From assembly GCF_004010195.1 (NCBI RefSeq), contig NC_057718.1, positions 21,791,066 to 21,855,065 on the forward strand: a stretch of DNA of 64,000 nucleotides, given 5' to 3'. Positions 1 through 12,420 of the stretch are shown here, piece after piece. Under the pieces are notes generated by a model. The model did no database searches. It saw only the letters and a program-made list of their open reading frames with translations, and was not told the origin of the DNA. This DNA comes from Chiloscyllium plagiosum (lineage: Eukaryota). The position numbers and the translations under genes are program-made. How positions within the stretch are numbered: position 1 is the first letter of the stretch; every line of letters starts with the position of its first letter.

Positions 1-91
1 GGGTCTGGGTGGGTTACTCTTTGGAGGGTCAGATTGGACTTGTTGGGCCAAATGGCCTGTTTGCACACTGTTAAGGATTTTATGATTCTAT
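1..91 (+). mobile_element. HE1-like SINE 3' end (cut by window edge)
   Basis: gggtctgggtggg...ggacttgttgggccaaatggcctgtttgcacactg matches the 3' parts of SINE copies at 32498, 39805 and 45103. Confidence 0.8.
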
Positions 92-146
92 CTCCTTTGA
101 GCTTTCCCCCTCTCACCTTGAATGCATGCCCCCTAGTTTTAGGCAT

Positions 147-458
147 TTAATTCGACTGGGACAACACTACTATCATAGGGCAAGCCAGACAGAGAACAGC
201 CAGGGAATTCCTAGAGGCATGGCATTCATCCACAAACTCCATCAACAAACACATCGACCTGGACCCAATATACCAACCACTACAGCGGACAGCTGAAACT
301 GACAACCGGAAGCGGCAGGGACAGACCACTATAAACACCGGAGGAAACATCAAAGAAGCGCGTCGCAGGAGGCTCCCAAGCACTGATGATGTCGCCTAGC
401 CAGGGGACAAAACGTTTGCAACAAAAACTTCCAGCTCGGTGAACAGAACCACAACAAC
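147..458 (+). mobile_element. Penelope-like element 3' fragment (end of GIY-YIG-type ORF plus hammerhead-like motif)
   Basis: Frame from 151 reads FDWDNTTIIGQARQRTAREFLEAWHSSTNSINKHIDLDPIYQPL, resembling PLE endonuclease C-termini; CTGATGA-stem-aAAACGTT at 383-416. Confidence 0.75.
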
Positions 459-649
459 ATGGGATATATTGTGGCTGCAACACATGTGAAATTGTGGATG
501 CCAGTATCATATGTAGAAACATGTCTGTAGCAGTAGTGTGTGCAGCTCAAGGAGTTTTTGCTAAGAGTCATTGAGCCTGAGGTCAAGTTACAGACACAGA
601 TACTTACCTTTATAAGCTTTTTTTTTGAACAAGAGCTTTGTAATTCTTC

Positions 650-985
650 AGTTTTCTGGCACCTCTTCAGAGTCTGAGATAGACTGAAAAGTTATGGCCA
701 GTGCTCATGCAATTTTCACCCTCACTTCCTTCAATATTCTTAGATGCCTCACATCCAGTCCTGGTACCTTGTCAACTTTAAGTACTAATCTTCCTTCCTC
801 AAATTTAGAACCTTCTATCAGAATTTCCTCCTCTCTCACTATGGCCTGGGTACTACCCACCTCCTAGGCAAAGACAGGTACAAACTATTAATTTATTACC
901 TCACCTATGCTCCACCTGTAAATCCCTTTTTGGTCCCTAATCAGTCCTATTCCGCTTTTCACCACTTATTTATATACCCATAGAA
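650..985 (-). mobile_element. old CR1 LINE fragment
   Basis: Decayed similarity to the DKSPGPDG/ETLNEYF region of other CR1 copies in the window. Confidence 0.55.
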
Positions 986-1611
986 TTCTCACCAAGGAAC
1001 ACAAGGTTGGATTTCAAACAGTCCAAGGGATGAGATTAAAAATTCTGTACCTCAAGCTTGTTTCAAGATCTGACAGGTGCTCCAGAGGATTTGAAATTTT
1101 CAAAGGGCTGCTAGCAGCTAACAGGAAATTAGCTCAATTCCAGTTAAGGTTCACAAAGGAATGTGGTAAAGGGATTGTCCAATTGAGGGTGCAACATTTA
1201 ATTTTCTGCTTTGATGAACCATAACTAGTGAAAGTCGGAGCCCAGCTATCAGCTTAATTGCTGCATATCAGAAAATTCATATGATACTGTAGAGGATTTA
1301 ATTGTGATGCGCTACATCTAGTGTTATAGGGCATAGCCAGTTTCCTTGTGTTCCAGCTCCTGGTTTTCTAACAAGCTACGTGTTCTATCAGCACTATGAG
1401 AAACGCTGAGCCCCATTAATTGGACACCCGGATTGCCTTATGCCCCATCAAGACATTTACACTTGAAATATTGTTGGAATGACTTAGGCACACTGACAAG
1501 GACTAAAATTTATCCCCATGTCAGGTTCACTTTCAGAACAAAAATCTACATTTTAATGTCTAATTTCCAGGATCAGAGAGATTGTTCAGCAATAACTTCC
1601 ACCTAATAATA

Positions 1612-2330
1612 CAAAACAAAGAACTGAAGTTCTGAAACAAAAACAAAAGATATTGGAGAAGCTTAGCAAATCTGGCAGCACCTATACAAAGAAAGCAGAG
1701 TTAACATTTCTAGCCCAGTAAGTCTTCATCAGAACTGAATTCAGATCTTGCTTCAGATTCCAGTATCCACAGGCTTTTTTTTGTTTTGAGTGCTTAACTC
1801 ACTGCCCCATCTCTTCTACGTATGCCCATCTTGAAGACATTCTGCTCCTCTCTCTGACAGGATTTCCATTTTAACCATTTTCCTTGTTCACCATCAATTC
1901 TTTCATTTTCTTTCTTAATATTTCACAAAGTCTTTGCCAAAATTTGCTTAGGCAGCTACTTCTCATTCCTCAGCAATTGCCTCCTGCCCAAACTCACCCC
2001 ATTCGAATTCTGATTGAAATTTTATCCTTCATGTTTCAAATCTATCTAGAATCACATATCTCCGTAATGTACAAAGTTCCTCAGACAGCTGTTCTTGCCA
2101 CATCCTGAAATCCATACCTACCATATACATGTCCTCGACCTGTGTCCCTGCATCAGCACTGCCTCACATTGTCTCAGAGCTGTCCTGCCATGCCCCAGTT
2201 TCCCTTAATTCTCCAGTTCATCTGACAATTCTGAAGAAGAGTCACCAGACTTGCAATATTAACTCTGCTTTCTTCTCACAGGTGCTGTCGGACCTCCTGA
2301 CTATCACTTATTATTTAGTTGAAATCTCAC
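1612..2330. mobile_element. old PLE-type element(s) with oppositely oriented, decayed hammerhead-like motifs
   Basis: 1650-1736 is an approximate reverse complement of 2227-2300; motifs at 1699-1736 (-) and 2227-2264 (+). Confidence 0.55.
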
Positions 2331-2971
2331 TTACTCTGGAATGTCCAATTCTGCACATTTTCAGCCATTTTTATTACGGGCTACCACGTACAGATATTAA
2401 CGTTTGTCAATGTAATGATTAAACAGACTCCCTGTTGCTGAGGACTGTGTTAGCACACCTGTATTGAGCAGCAGCATATCGCTGTCAAAAAAACATCTGA
2501 TTTCTATATTTAACTGCACTAATGCAAATGAGAAAACTCAGTTTTACCCTGTCATAATCTTTGATAGCCTCTGTAATAATTAGAGTAAGATCAGGACCAA
2601 TTTATTTTAACCAGGAAGTTTATGCTGTTTCAAAACTAACTATATAGATAAATGACCTCAAAGAAGTCAATCAGTTCAATATCTGGTTTACAACTGACCA
2701 AAATGAAGAACGTTGGAAAGACATACAACATGTCAAGAGACTTTGTGAGGTACAAACAGTGGTGACATTGGGGTGTCAGAGACAGCACAGAAGTCTGCGA
2801 AACATCTAATCTACCCAAACTTAATCACCACTTGCCTTAAGTCAGTCATCTCAGAACCCATCAAACTGGAGTAGAAGCAAGCCTTGAACTTGAAGAACAG
2901 CCTGATATAACATAGGCTTACAATAGTTTGATCATATGGTTTCTGACATCTGGTTGCTGCTCGTCTTCATA

Positions 2972-3512
2972 TATCCTTTCATGAGATATGGGCATTGCTG
3001 CAAAAGGATTTGTTGTCAATCTCTACTTACCTCTGAGAGTGGCTTGCTAGACCATTTCAGCAGGCAGTTAAGAGTCAACCATCTTGCCATGAGTGAGGTT
3101 AAACCAGGAAAGGATAGCAATTTCCTTTTCAAAATGACATTGGTGAACAAGATAGGTTTTTACAATCTATGACAGTTCCATCATTACCATAGCAGGTAGT
3201 CCTGAGGTTGCAAATAGGTTCTTTTCTAGAGTCCATTTGTCCACCAGTCAAAACACAATGCATGACAATATAAAGGAAGTACAGGAAAGGTTTGTATGTC
3301 AGGTCTTTAAAATTAAACCCCTTTCTCAAATTGTGTTCACAGGTCCAATATTTGTAAATCGGAGACCCACTGTACTGAAGCTAGCTTTCAATTCCAAGTT
3401 AATTAACTGAATTTAAAGTCCTAAAGCTGTCATGGTGGGGTTTGAACATGTCTCCAGAATATTACTAAATCAGAAGCTCAAGCTAATGTTACCACAATGC
3501 CAGTGTCTCCTG
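2972..3512 (-). mobile_element. decayed SINE of the second family (as 22746-23085)
   Basis: gcagttaagagtcaacca and the cccatatctcatgaa-type tail are shared with 22746-23085 in reverse orientation. Confidence 0.55.
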
Positions 3513-3791
3513 TTGTCTCATGCTTCTTTCTGTTCTCTCCGAGCATTGTTGTGAAAAGGCATAACTGACTGAACAAAAGCTTTACACTGTGCTGTATATC
3601 ATGGGAAGCTTGGAAAAAACCCAATTCACTTGTGTCAGTGGGTTTCTCTATGAAGTGGCAGGAGCAGCTCATAAAATTCCTGGCTTTTCATTTCAGCTGA
3701 CAAGGTACGTCATTCACAAATCAGGTCAGAATTCATACAGTTAACATTGCCATTAATAAATCTTGGTGTTAATAAAACTATTTTTTGTCAC

Positions 3792-4737
3792 TTTATTATA
3801 GCTTTGAGTAATTAACTCTAATGGTCTGGATTGCAGCAAACCATCAGCTATTGTATATATTGTGGGTACACAGCAGTATATGTTCTTATGAAATAAGAGA
3901 AAAGTCAATTTAGCAAGTACACATTTTAATAATATTTCAAACATCAGCAGTGGTAAAAATGTCAATTGTTATATTTTACAATAGCTTCATAAAGGAAAAT
4001 GTATCAAGCCTATGTTTGTTGAATTGCTCTTATCTTCCTTTTTGTACTGTTACACTACAAAGACCACCCCAATGACAATTTATCAATTTATATTAGATGT
4101 ATTCAGAAGCTTAAAAAGTTAACAATAAGTTGAAAGTGGTAATTTTATTAATGATCACTAAACATGACAAAAAGGAGTAAGGACTTGAGCTCTGACAGTT
4201 TAAATTTAATTACTTTACAAACATGGTGTGAGTAGACTTTACATGATCTCATGCAGGTGAATACCCTTTGCATATTCAAATACGAACCAGATAGAGAAAC
4301 CTGTTATGGTGGTCAGAGATCTAAAGAGCTGTATGTTTCTTTTTGTATTTTGAATTGGCCGACAATGATATCTTCTGATTCTGCATATTCCTGTGACATT
4401 TTCTTTGGTAACTCAGGAATGCTTGAGCTTTTCCTTACAAATACTGTAATAGGATCTACAAACTGCTCACAAAAGATCCTGTCAGTAACTTGCGTACAAA
4501 GTCAATGTTCAACCAAGCAATAGTAATTGTGCAGATTAAAAAACAATATGGGTTATTTATCAGATTTTGCAGTGACATATGTTTTCAGTACCAATTCCTG
4601 ATGGATTTTTAAAAAATGTGTATTAAAATGTAATTCATACAAGGAGATGGTACTTCCATCTTTTCCTGGTGCCACACACAGCTCTGCATTATTTTAAAGA
4701 TCCGCATCTAACATTGCATTCAAGGCTATTATTTATT
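3792..4737 (-). terminator. candidate polyadenylation signals in the ACTN2 3' UTR
   Basis: AATAAA on the minus strand at 4732-4737, 4144-4149 and 3792-3797 in AT-rich sequence after the stop; which is used cannot be told from sequence. Confidence 0.4.
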
Positions 4738-4803
4738 GTTCTACACTTTTAATCTCTAAAATATCCAGGCTTTGGAAAGAATGAATATACTCTGCACCAT
4801 TTT

Positions 4804-4962
4804 TCACAGGTCACTTTCACCATAGAGAGCAGTTGAAAATGAGACATAATCCAGAGCTCCTGGAACAGCATTCGGCCCTCTATATGATGGCATGCTGGCA
4901 ATACAGTATTCAGCCTGATCGGAAGGCAGCTCTCTGCGCAATTCTTCAGCTAGAATGTAAGG
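4804..4962 (-). CDS. ACTN2: alpha-actinin-2 last coding exon (exon 21 equivalent, 159 nt including TGA)
   Basis: [52 protein letters not shown]; pyrimidine tract plus CAG acceptor; ESDL PDZ-binding C-terminus. Confidence 0.96.
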   Translation of the reverse strand, partial: PYILAEELRRELPSDQAEYCIASMPSYRGPNAVPGALDYVSFSTALYGESDL

Positions 4963-5519
4963 CTGTATAAAAAAGAAAAATGTGATTTTGCTAATGTTCA
5001 AAGTATTAATACTTTTAAAGCATTTTAGGCATAGACATTTCTCATATTCCCCTCAGCATTCATAAGGAAGGCAACACTTCCATGCCCTTTGTCAGTATTG
5101 CTGTGAATTTGTTTATCAGAATGAACAGAAAGCCAATATACTTCATCTCAACCCCTCCCCACCACAGAACAATATTTGATCAAGACCTCGAAGGTGCTGT
5201 TTTCTTCAAGAAATAATTTTACTGATATCGACTAAAAAGGACAGTGCTTGTACCCTTCTTAGTAAATCTGTGAAGTTGTAAAGATGTATCTTAATTGCTC
5301 TTGTTTAAAGCTAAGTACCACATTCCAAGGACTTAAGGTTTGAATTATATGATCTGTTATATTAGGCATTCGGTGGTGGATCTTCCAATACTCTCTTTCT
5401 TTATTCCAAGTCTAAAGGCTTTCTAACTGTCAGTGATGGAGGTCAGACTGGTGAATCTTAATAAGAAGTCTTATTACATCACAAGATACAGAGCAGCCAG
5501 TGTTAGACTGGGATGTACA

Positions 5520-5817
5520 AAGTTAAAAGTCACACATCAGGTTAGAGTCCAACACGTTTATTTGGAAGCACTAGCTTTTGAAGTGCTGCTCCTTTATCAG
5601 GTAGTTGTGGAGCAGGACCATAAGACACAGAATTTATAGGAAAAGATTAGTGTCATGCAACTGAAATGATACATTGAACAAACCTAGATTGCTGTTAAGT
5701 CTTTCATCTTTTAGAATGGGTTGCAGGTTTCGGTTCATTAATCTCGAGAATGTGACTTAAAAGTATTTCTGGGATTTACATATTAATGAACCAAAACTTG
5801 CCGCTCATTCTAAAAGC
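5520..5817 (-). mobile_element. PLE-type terminal fragment with decayed hammerhead-like motif and internal inverted repeat
   Basis: Minus-strand CTGATaA-A-GGAGC-AGC-aCTtC-aAAA-GCTA at 5569-5603; inverted repeat 5708-5742 / 5782-5816. Confidence 0.55.
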
Positions 5818-6247
5818 TTACCGGGGAGGGGGACCAACATTTGCTATTCTCTAATCTTCTGGCACTATTCCTGTAGACAATGACCACATAAAGATCAAAG
5901 CCAAAGGCTCGGCAATCTCCTCCCTGGCATCCCAGAGAATCCTAGGATAAATCCCCACCAGCCTAGGGTCTTATCTCTTTTTACACTCTCCAGAATTGCT
6001 AACACCTCCTCCTTATGCACCTCAATCCCATCTAGTCTAGTAGCCTGCATCTCGGTATTCTCCTCAACCACATTGTCTTTTTTCTAGTGAATACTGAAAA
6101 CTATCCAGTGAATACTATCTCCTCTGACTCCACGTACAACTTCCCACTACTGCACTTGATTGGCCCTAATCTTACCTGAGTCATTCTTTTATTCCTGATA
6201 TAGCTATAGAAAGCCTTCGGGTTTTCCTTGATCCTATCTGTCAATTA

Positions 6248-6489
6248 CTTCTCAAGTCCCCTCCTGGTTCTTCTTAGCCTCTCTTTAGGTCTTAACTGGC
6301 TAGCCCTAACTCTCAAAAGTCCTAACTGAGCCATCACATCTCATCCTAACATAAGCCGCCTTCTTCCTTCTCAAGTCCCTCCTGGTTCTTCTTAGCTCTC
6401 TCTTTAGGTCTTAACTGGCTAGCCCTAACTCTCAAAAGTCCTAACTGAGCCATCACATCTCATCCTAACATAAGCCGCCTTCTTCCTTT
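6248..6489. repeat. ~119-bp tandem duplication inside CR1
   Basis: cttctcaagtccc...cataagccgccttcttcctt occurs at 6248 and again at 6367. Confidence 0.9.
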
Positions 6490-6703
6490 TGAAGAGAGAT
6501 TCAACTTCCTTAGTAAACCACGGCTCCCAAGCTTGACAACTTCTTCCTGCCTGATTGGTACATACTTATCAAGAACCTGCAGTAGCTGGTTCTTGAATAA
6601 GCTCCACATTTCAATTGTGCCCACTCCCTGCAGTTTCCTTCCCCATCCTATGCATCCTAAATCTTNNNNNNNNNNNNNNNNNNNNNNNNNNNNNNNNNNN
6701 NNN

Positions 6704-6804
6704 ACGTGCAAACTCCACACAGTCAGTCGCCTGAGGCGGGAATTGAACCCGGGTCTCAGGCGCTGTGAGGCAGCAGTGCTAACCACTGTGCCACCGTGCC
6801 GCCC
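6704..6804 (-). mobile_element. HE1-like tRNA-derived SINE 5' part (cut by N gap)
   Basis: Minus strand gggcggcacggtggcacagtggttagc...gggttcaattccc with Pol III A and B boxes. Confidence 0.88.
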
Positions 6805-7727
6805 ACGGTCACTATCACCAAAGTGCACACCTACCTCCAATTCTAACACCTGGCTGGGTTCATTACCCAGCACCAAATCCAATGTGGTCTCGCCCCTTGT
6901 TCGCCTGTCTATATACTGTATCAGGAAATCCTCCTGCACACCTTGGACAAAAACTGACCGATCAAAGCACTTGAACTATAGTATTCCCAGTCAATATTTG
7001 GAAAGTTAAAGACCCCCAATAACAACTATTCTGTCACTCTCACTCCTATCAAGGATCATCTTTGCTATCCTATCCTATACATCTCTGGAACTATTTGGAG
7101 GCCTATAGAAAACTTTCAAAGGAGTAACTTCTCCTTTCCTGTTACTAATCTAAGCCCAAACTACCTCAGCAGAGGAGTCCTCAAATCGTAATACTGCCCT
7201 TGACTGACAGTGCCACACCACCCCTGCTTTTACCATTTTCTCTGTTCTTACTGAAACGTCTAAATCCCCAGAATCTGCAATAACCATTCATGTCCCTGTT
7301 CTACCCTTGTCTCTGGAATGGCCACATTCCAAATATCAACCCATGCTCCTGGTGTTGAAGTAGACACACTTCAAACCAACTTCTTGTCTGCCGATGCCTT
7401 CTTGCAATGTTGAAATCTTAGTTCTGACTTCACTGCTCTCATCCTCCCACATACACTAACTACAATTTTGATTCCCATCCCACTGCTGAATTAGTTTAAA
7501 CCCACCTGAAGACATTAGCAAATTTTCCCCTCAGGGTATTGGTACCCTTCTGGTTCAAGTGAAGACCATCCTGTTTGTAAAGGTCCCAGTTACCACAGAA
7601 AGAGCCCCAATTATCCAGGAATCCAAAACCCTCCCTCCTGCACCATCCCTGTAGCCATGTATTCAACTCCTCTCTCTCCATATTTCTCACTTCACTAGCA
7701 TGTGACACGGGCAACAAACCAGAGATA

Positions 7728-8740
7728 ACAGGTAAGATTCTTGCTAGTGTAGATGAGCATAGAGATCTCTCTGTCCATGTACATAGATCCCTGAAAGTTT
7801 CCACCCATGCTGATAGGGCTGTAAAGAAGGCATGCAATGTGTTAGCTTTTATTCATAGAGGGATTGCATTTCGGAGCCACGAGGTCATGCTGCAGCTGTA
7901 CAAAACTCTGGTGCAGCCGCACTTGGAGTATTGCGTACAGTTCTGGTCACCGTATTATAGGAAGGATGTGGAAGCTTTGGAAAGGGTTCAGAGGCAATTT
8001 ACTAGGATGTTGTCTGGTATGGAGGGAATGTGTTATGAGGAAGGCCAAGGGACTTGAGGCTGTTTTCATAGGAGAGAAGGTTGAGAGGCTACTTAATTGA
8101 GACATATAAAGTTAATCAGAGGGTTAGATAGGTGGACAGTGAGAGCTTTTTTCCTCGAATGGTGATGGCTAGCATGAGGGGACATAGATTACATTACATT
8201 ACATTACATTACAGTGTGGAAACAGGCCCTTCGGCCCAACAAGTCCACACCGACCGAAGCGAAACCCACCCATACCCCTACATTTACCCCTTACCTAACA
8301 CTACGGGCAATTTAGCATGGCCAATTCATCTGACCCTGCACATCTTTTGGACTGTGGGAGGAAACCGGAGCACCCGGAGGAAACCCACGTAGACACGGGG
8401 AGAACGTGCAAACTCCACACAGTCGCCTGAGGCGGGAATTGAACCCGGGTCTCTGGCGCTGTGAGGCAGCAGTGCTAACCACTGTGCCACCGTGCTGCCC
8501 ATAGCTTTAAATCAAGAGGTGATAGATATAGGATAGATGTCAGAGGTAATTTCTTTACTCTGAGTAGGGGCGTGGAACACACTGCCAGCAACAGTGGCAG
8601 ACCTGCCAACTTTATAGACATTTAAATGGTCATTGGATAAACATATGGATGAAAATGGAATAGTGTTCAGATTGGTTCCACAGGTTGCCGCAACATCGAG
8701 GGCCAAAGGGCCTGTACTGTGCTGTAACGTTCTTTGTTCT
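7728..8740 (+). mobile_element. CR1 LINE 3' end (RT C-terminus and 3' UTR) with inserted SINE
   Basis: MLQLYKTLVQPHLEYCVQFWSPYYRKDVEALERVQRQFTRML; tail agggcctgtactgtgctgtaacgttct. Confidence 0.9.
8188..8500 (-). mobile_element. full-length HE1-like SINE
   Basis: tRNA-like head, CR1-like tail, (ATTAC)n terminal repeat, catag duplicated on both flanks. Confidence 0.9.
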
Positions 8741-8749
8741 AACCGCCTT

Positions 8750-9560
8750 AACCTCTTTGTACGAGTATGTATTCAGCTTTTATTGCTCTCATATGGTATC
8801 CTCCTTCTGCACATCTTCTGAAAGGCGCCTGCAGTTTTACAGATATTATATTCTGTTGTCATGTGTGGGTCATATGAGATTTCATTGTTCCACTGTTTCA
8901 TCTTGAAAACATTGCCTCTTAGTGTCTGCTGATTGTTTTAATCTCTGTTGTGGCTTGTCATGTGCCTCTTTAGACTGTGCATACCTTATGAAATGAATAG
9001 GTTGTGTTGTTCTCCTGAGGTAGGACTGACTATCTCCTCTCAGGATCGGTTTGTCTCGTTCGTACTTCCAGCACGATTTGAATGGCTTTATCTAAAGTTG
9101 AAATCTTCCTTGGACTTTAAGAAATCTAAAATATTCCAACAATTCTGTCTCTTATGAATTCTGATTTCAAATTCTGTAGTTATAATTTTCCACTATAGAG
9201 ATCTGTAGAGATCATTTAATACATCTATCTTGGGATTCCCCTGAAGCTGAACTCTTCTGCTGCATCTTAGCCTTTCAGTGCTTTTCTTTGTTTTCAGACT
9301 GAAGTAATTCTCAACCTGTAGGAACTTCACTAACAGAATGTGCCTTTCATGAAATTTTATTAATTTATAACATGTCTAGTATATCTTACAGTACGCACTG
9401 AATTGTTAATTAATTGTTTGGCTTCAAACTTGCTGTTAATTTTCAAGCAATTATGTACATCAGGAATCAGCCTCTCCAAGATGTTCAGTATTGTGCCCTG
9501 CCTGGCCCATCTGCAACTTTTTTGAAATATTATTTCTCCTTTCATTTCTTCTTAATGTAT
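8750..9560 (-). mobile_element. decayed Gypsy-type LTR retrotransposon gag relic
   Basis: Frameshifted minus-strand peptides in gag order: RRVQLQG, LNDLYR, NLKSEFIRDRIVGI (about 9130-9172), TLDKAIQIV. Confidence 0.62.
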
Positions 9561-9899
9561 TTATTTATTCTCATTTCTTTAAGCTGTTTCAATCTGTAAC
9601 ACTGTTTGTAATCTTCTGTCTTCAAGCTTGTATTTTTGCATCAAAACAATGCTGTTTAAAAATTCTGATGGATTAAAAACCTGAGTACTTATGTAATATA
9701 AAACTAATATATACACTTATGTTCTGTACTACATCAATACTCTATGTGATTCTTCTGATGAAACTTTAAATTCAGTCAACTAGCAAACTCTATTGCATTA
9801 TATATTTCAAGCTTTAAGTTGTGTTTCTAGTCATGATCAAAATGGTAGTTTTGTTTTCTGAGTGTTTTCCCATCTTCTACATCCAAGGAACTATCAACA

Positions 9900-10525
9900 G
9901 TACTACCCTGCAACAACCGCTTATCAATAATCTGCTCACTGATGCATAGTTTGGGTTCTGCCAGGGCCACTCAGCTCCTGACCTCTCTACATTCTTGCTT
10001 CAAACAGGGACAAAAAACTGAATTCCACAGATGAGGTGAGTGTGACAATTCTTGACATAAAGGCTGCATTCGACCAGCAAAACTAGAATTAATGGGTATC
10101 GGGGCAAACTCTCTGCTGGCTCATAGGAAGAACATGGTGTCATCTCAGCTGCAGGACATATCTGGAGGAGCTCCAGACATCAATAACCTTCCTTCCATAA
10201 ACTAAGTAGTAGGGGTGTTCGCCAATAATTGCGCAATGTTAGGCACCCTTCATGACTCCTCATGTTCAAATGCTATAAGATCTGGGATTGGACTGACAAG
10301 TGGTAAGTAACACTCATAGCATGCTAATGCCAGGCAATGATCATCTTCAATAATGAGACAATCTAATCACCACCCTTTGACATTTGATGGTGTTACCATC
10401 ACTGAATCCCCCACTATCAACATCCTGTGCGTTACCATTGTCGAGAAAACTCAGCTGGACTCACCACAAACAGTACTACAAGAATTGGTCAGAGGCTAGG
10501 AATACGGTGGTGAGAAACTCATCTC
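9900..10525 (+). mobile_element. decayed LINE RT fragment (second LINE family), runs into the 500-N gap
   Basis: FGFCQGHSAPDL, LDIKAAFD and VFANNC (decayed FADD) peptides; same family as 63092-63965. Confidence 0.7.
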
Positions 10526-11025
10526 NNNNNNNNNNNNNNNNNNNNNNNNNNNNNNNNNNNNNNNNNNNNNNNNNNNNNNNNNNNNNNNNNNNNNNNNNNN
10601 NNNNNNNNNNNNNNNNNNNNNNNNNNNNNNNNNNNNNNNNNNNNNNNNNNNNNNNNNNNNNNNNNNNNNNNNNNNNNNNNNNNNNNNNNNNNNNNNNNNN
10701 NNNNNNNNNNNNNNNNNNNNNNNNNNNNNNNNNNNNNNNNNNNNNNNNNNNNNNNNNNNNNNNNNNNNNNNNNNNNNNNNNNNNNNNNNNNNNNNNNNNN
10801 NNNNNNNNNNNNNNNNNNNNNNNNNNNNNNNNNNNNNNNNNNNNNNNNNNNNNNNNNNNNNNNNNNNNNNNNNNNNNNNNNNNNNNNNNNNNNNNNNNNN
10901 NNNNNNNNNNNNNNNNNNNNNNNNNNNNNNNNNNNNNNNNNNNNNNNNNNNNNNNNNNNNNNNNNNNNNNNNNNNNNNNNNNNNNNNNNNNNNNNNNNNN
11001 NNNNNNNNNNNNNNNNNNNNNNNNN
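10526..11025. other. assembly gap (500 N); a second 38-N gap lies at 6666-6703
   Basis: N runs in the sequence. Confidence 0.99.
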
Positions 11026-12420
11026 TCCAGTGCCTCCACATCCTTCCTATAGTATGGCGACCAAAACTGCACACAATATTCCAGATGCGGCCGCACCAGA
11101 GTCTTATACAACTGCATCATGACCTCAGGACTCCGGAACTCAATTCCTCTACCAATAAAAGCCAGTACGCCATATGCCTTCCTCACCGCACTATTTACCT
11201 GGGTGGCAACTTTCAGAGATCTGTGTACATGGACACCAAGATCCCTCTGCTCATCCACACTACCAAGTATCCGACCATTAGCCCAGTATCCCATCTTTTT
11301 GTTACTCTTACTAAAGTGAATCACCTCACACTTAGCTACATTGTATTCCATTTGCCACCTTTCTGCCCAGCTCTGCAGCTTCTCTATATCCTGCTGTAAC
11401 CTGCCACATCCTTCCTCACTGTCAACAACTCCTCTGACTTTCGTATCATCCGCAAACTTGCTCACCCAACCTTCTAGCCCCTCTTCCAGGTCATTTATAA
11501 ACATGACAAACAGCAATGGTCCCAACACAGATCCTTGCGGAACACCGCTAGTGACGGCACTCCATGAAGAAACTTTGCCATCAACTACTACCCTCTGTCT
11601 TCTTCCATCCAGCCAATTCCTAATCCTAACCTCCAACTCACCCTCAATGCCATATCTCCGTATTTTCTGCAGTAGCCTACCATGGGGGACCTTATCAAAC
11701 GCCTTACTACAATCCATATATACCACATCTACCGCTTTCCCCCCATCCACCTCCTTCGTCACCTTTTCAAAGAATTCAATAAGGTTTGTGAGGCACGACT
11801 TGCCCTTCACAAAACCATGCTGACTATCCTTGATCACATTATTCCTATCTAGATGTGCATAAATCCTATCCCTTACAATTCTCTCTAAGACTTTGCCCAC
11901 AACAGAAGTGAGACTCACCGGCCTATAGTTACTAGGGCTATCCCTACTCCCCTTTTTGAACAAGGGGACCACATTTGCTATCCTCCAGTCTTCTGGGACT
12001 ACTCCTGTAGACAAAGAGGACATAAAATTTAAGGCCAATGGCTCTGCAATCTCCTCCCTTGCTTCCCAGAGAATCCTAGGATAAATGCCATCAGGCCCAG
12101 GGGACTTATCTATTTTCACCTTTTCCAGGATTTCCAATACCTCTTCTCTACATACCTCAAAGCCATCCATTCTACTTAATTGTGACTCAGTATTCACATC
12201 GGCAACAATGTCCTGTTCCTGATTGAATATTGACGAAAAGTATTCATTCAGTGTCTCCCCAATCTCTTCCGCGTCCACACGCAACTTCCCACTACTATCC
12301 TTGGCTGGACCTATTCCTACCCTAGTCATTCTTTTATTCCTAACATACCTATAGAAAGCCTTAGGGTTTTCCCTAATCCTACCGACTAAGGACCTTTCAT
12401 GTCCCCTCCTTGCTGCTCTT
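11026..12420 (-). mobile_element. young 5'-truncated CR1 LINE with uninterrupted RT reading frame
   Basis: ORF 10476..12329: NYRPVSL, QHGF, KAFDKVPH, GVPQGSVLGP, KFADD, HLEYCVQFWSP; no stop from about 12419 to the gap. Confidence 0.95.

Larger units (their letters stand above)
5820..7727 (-). mobile_element. CR1 LINE: ORF1 SGNH-esterase end, APE endonuclease and RT start; interrupted by a SINE and a 38-N gap
   Basis: WCRREGFGFLDNWGSF...DGLHLNQKGT (ORF 7496..7837) and TRGETTLDLVL...GDSD (ORF 6460..6939). Confidence 0.88.

Noticed and set aside
1..3700. A neighbouring gene downstream of ACTN2
   Set aside because: No recognisable exon or CpG-rich promoter; the region is mostly repeat relics.
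9815..9845. Minus-strand ATGACTAGA (MTR) as possible exon 20
   Set aside because: Reads TILIMTRNTT then stop; no similarity to the EF-hand exon on either side.
10384..11074. Long ORFs of 192-222 aa and the nominal 617-aa length of ORF 10476..12329
   Set aside because: Lengths are inflated by translation through the 500-N gap.
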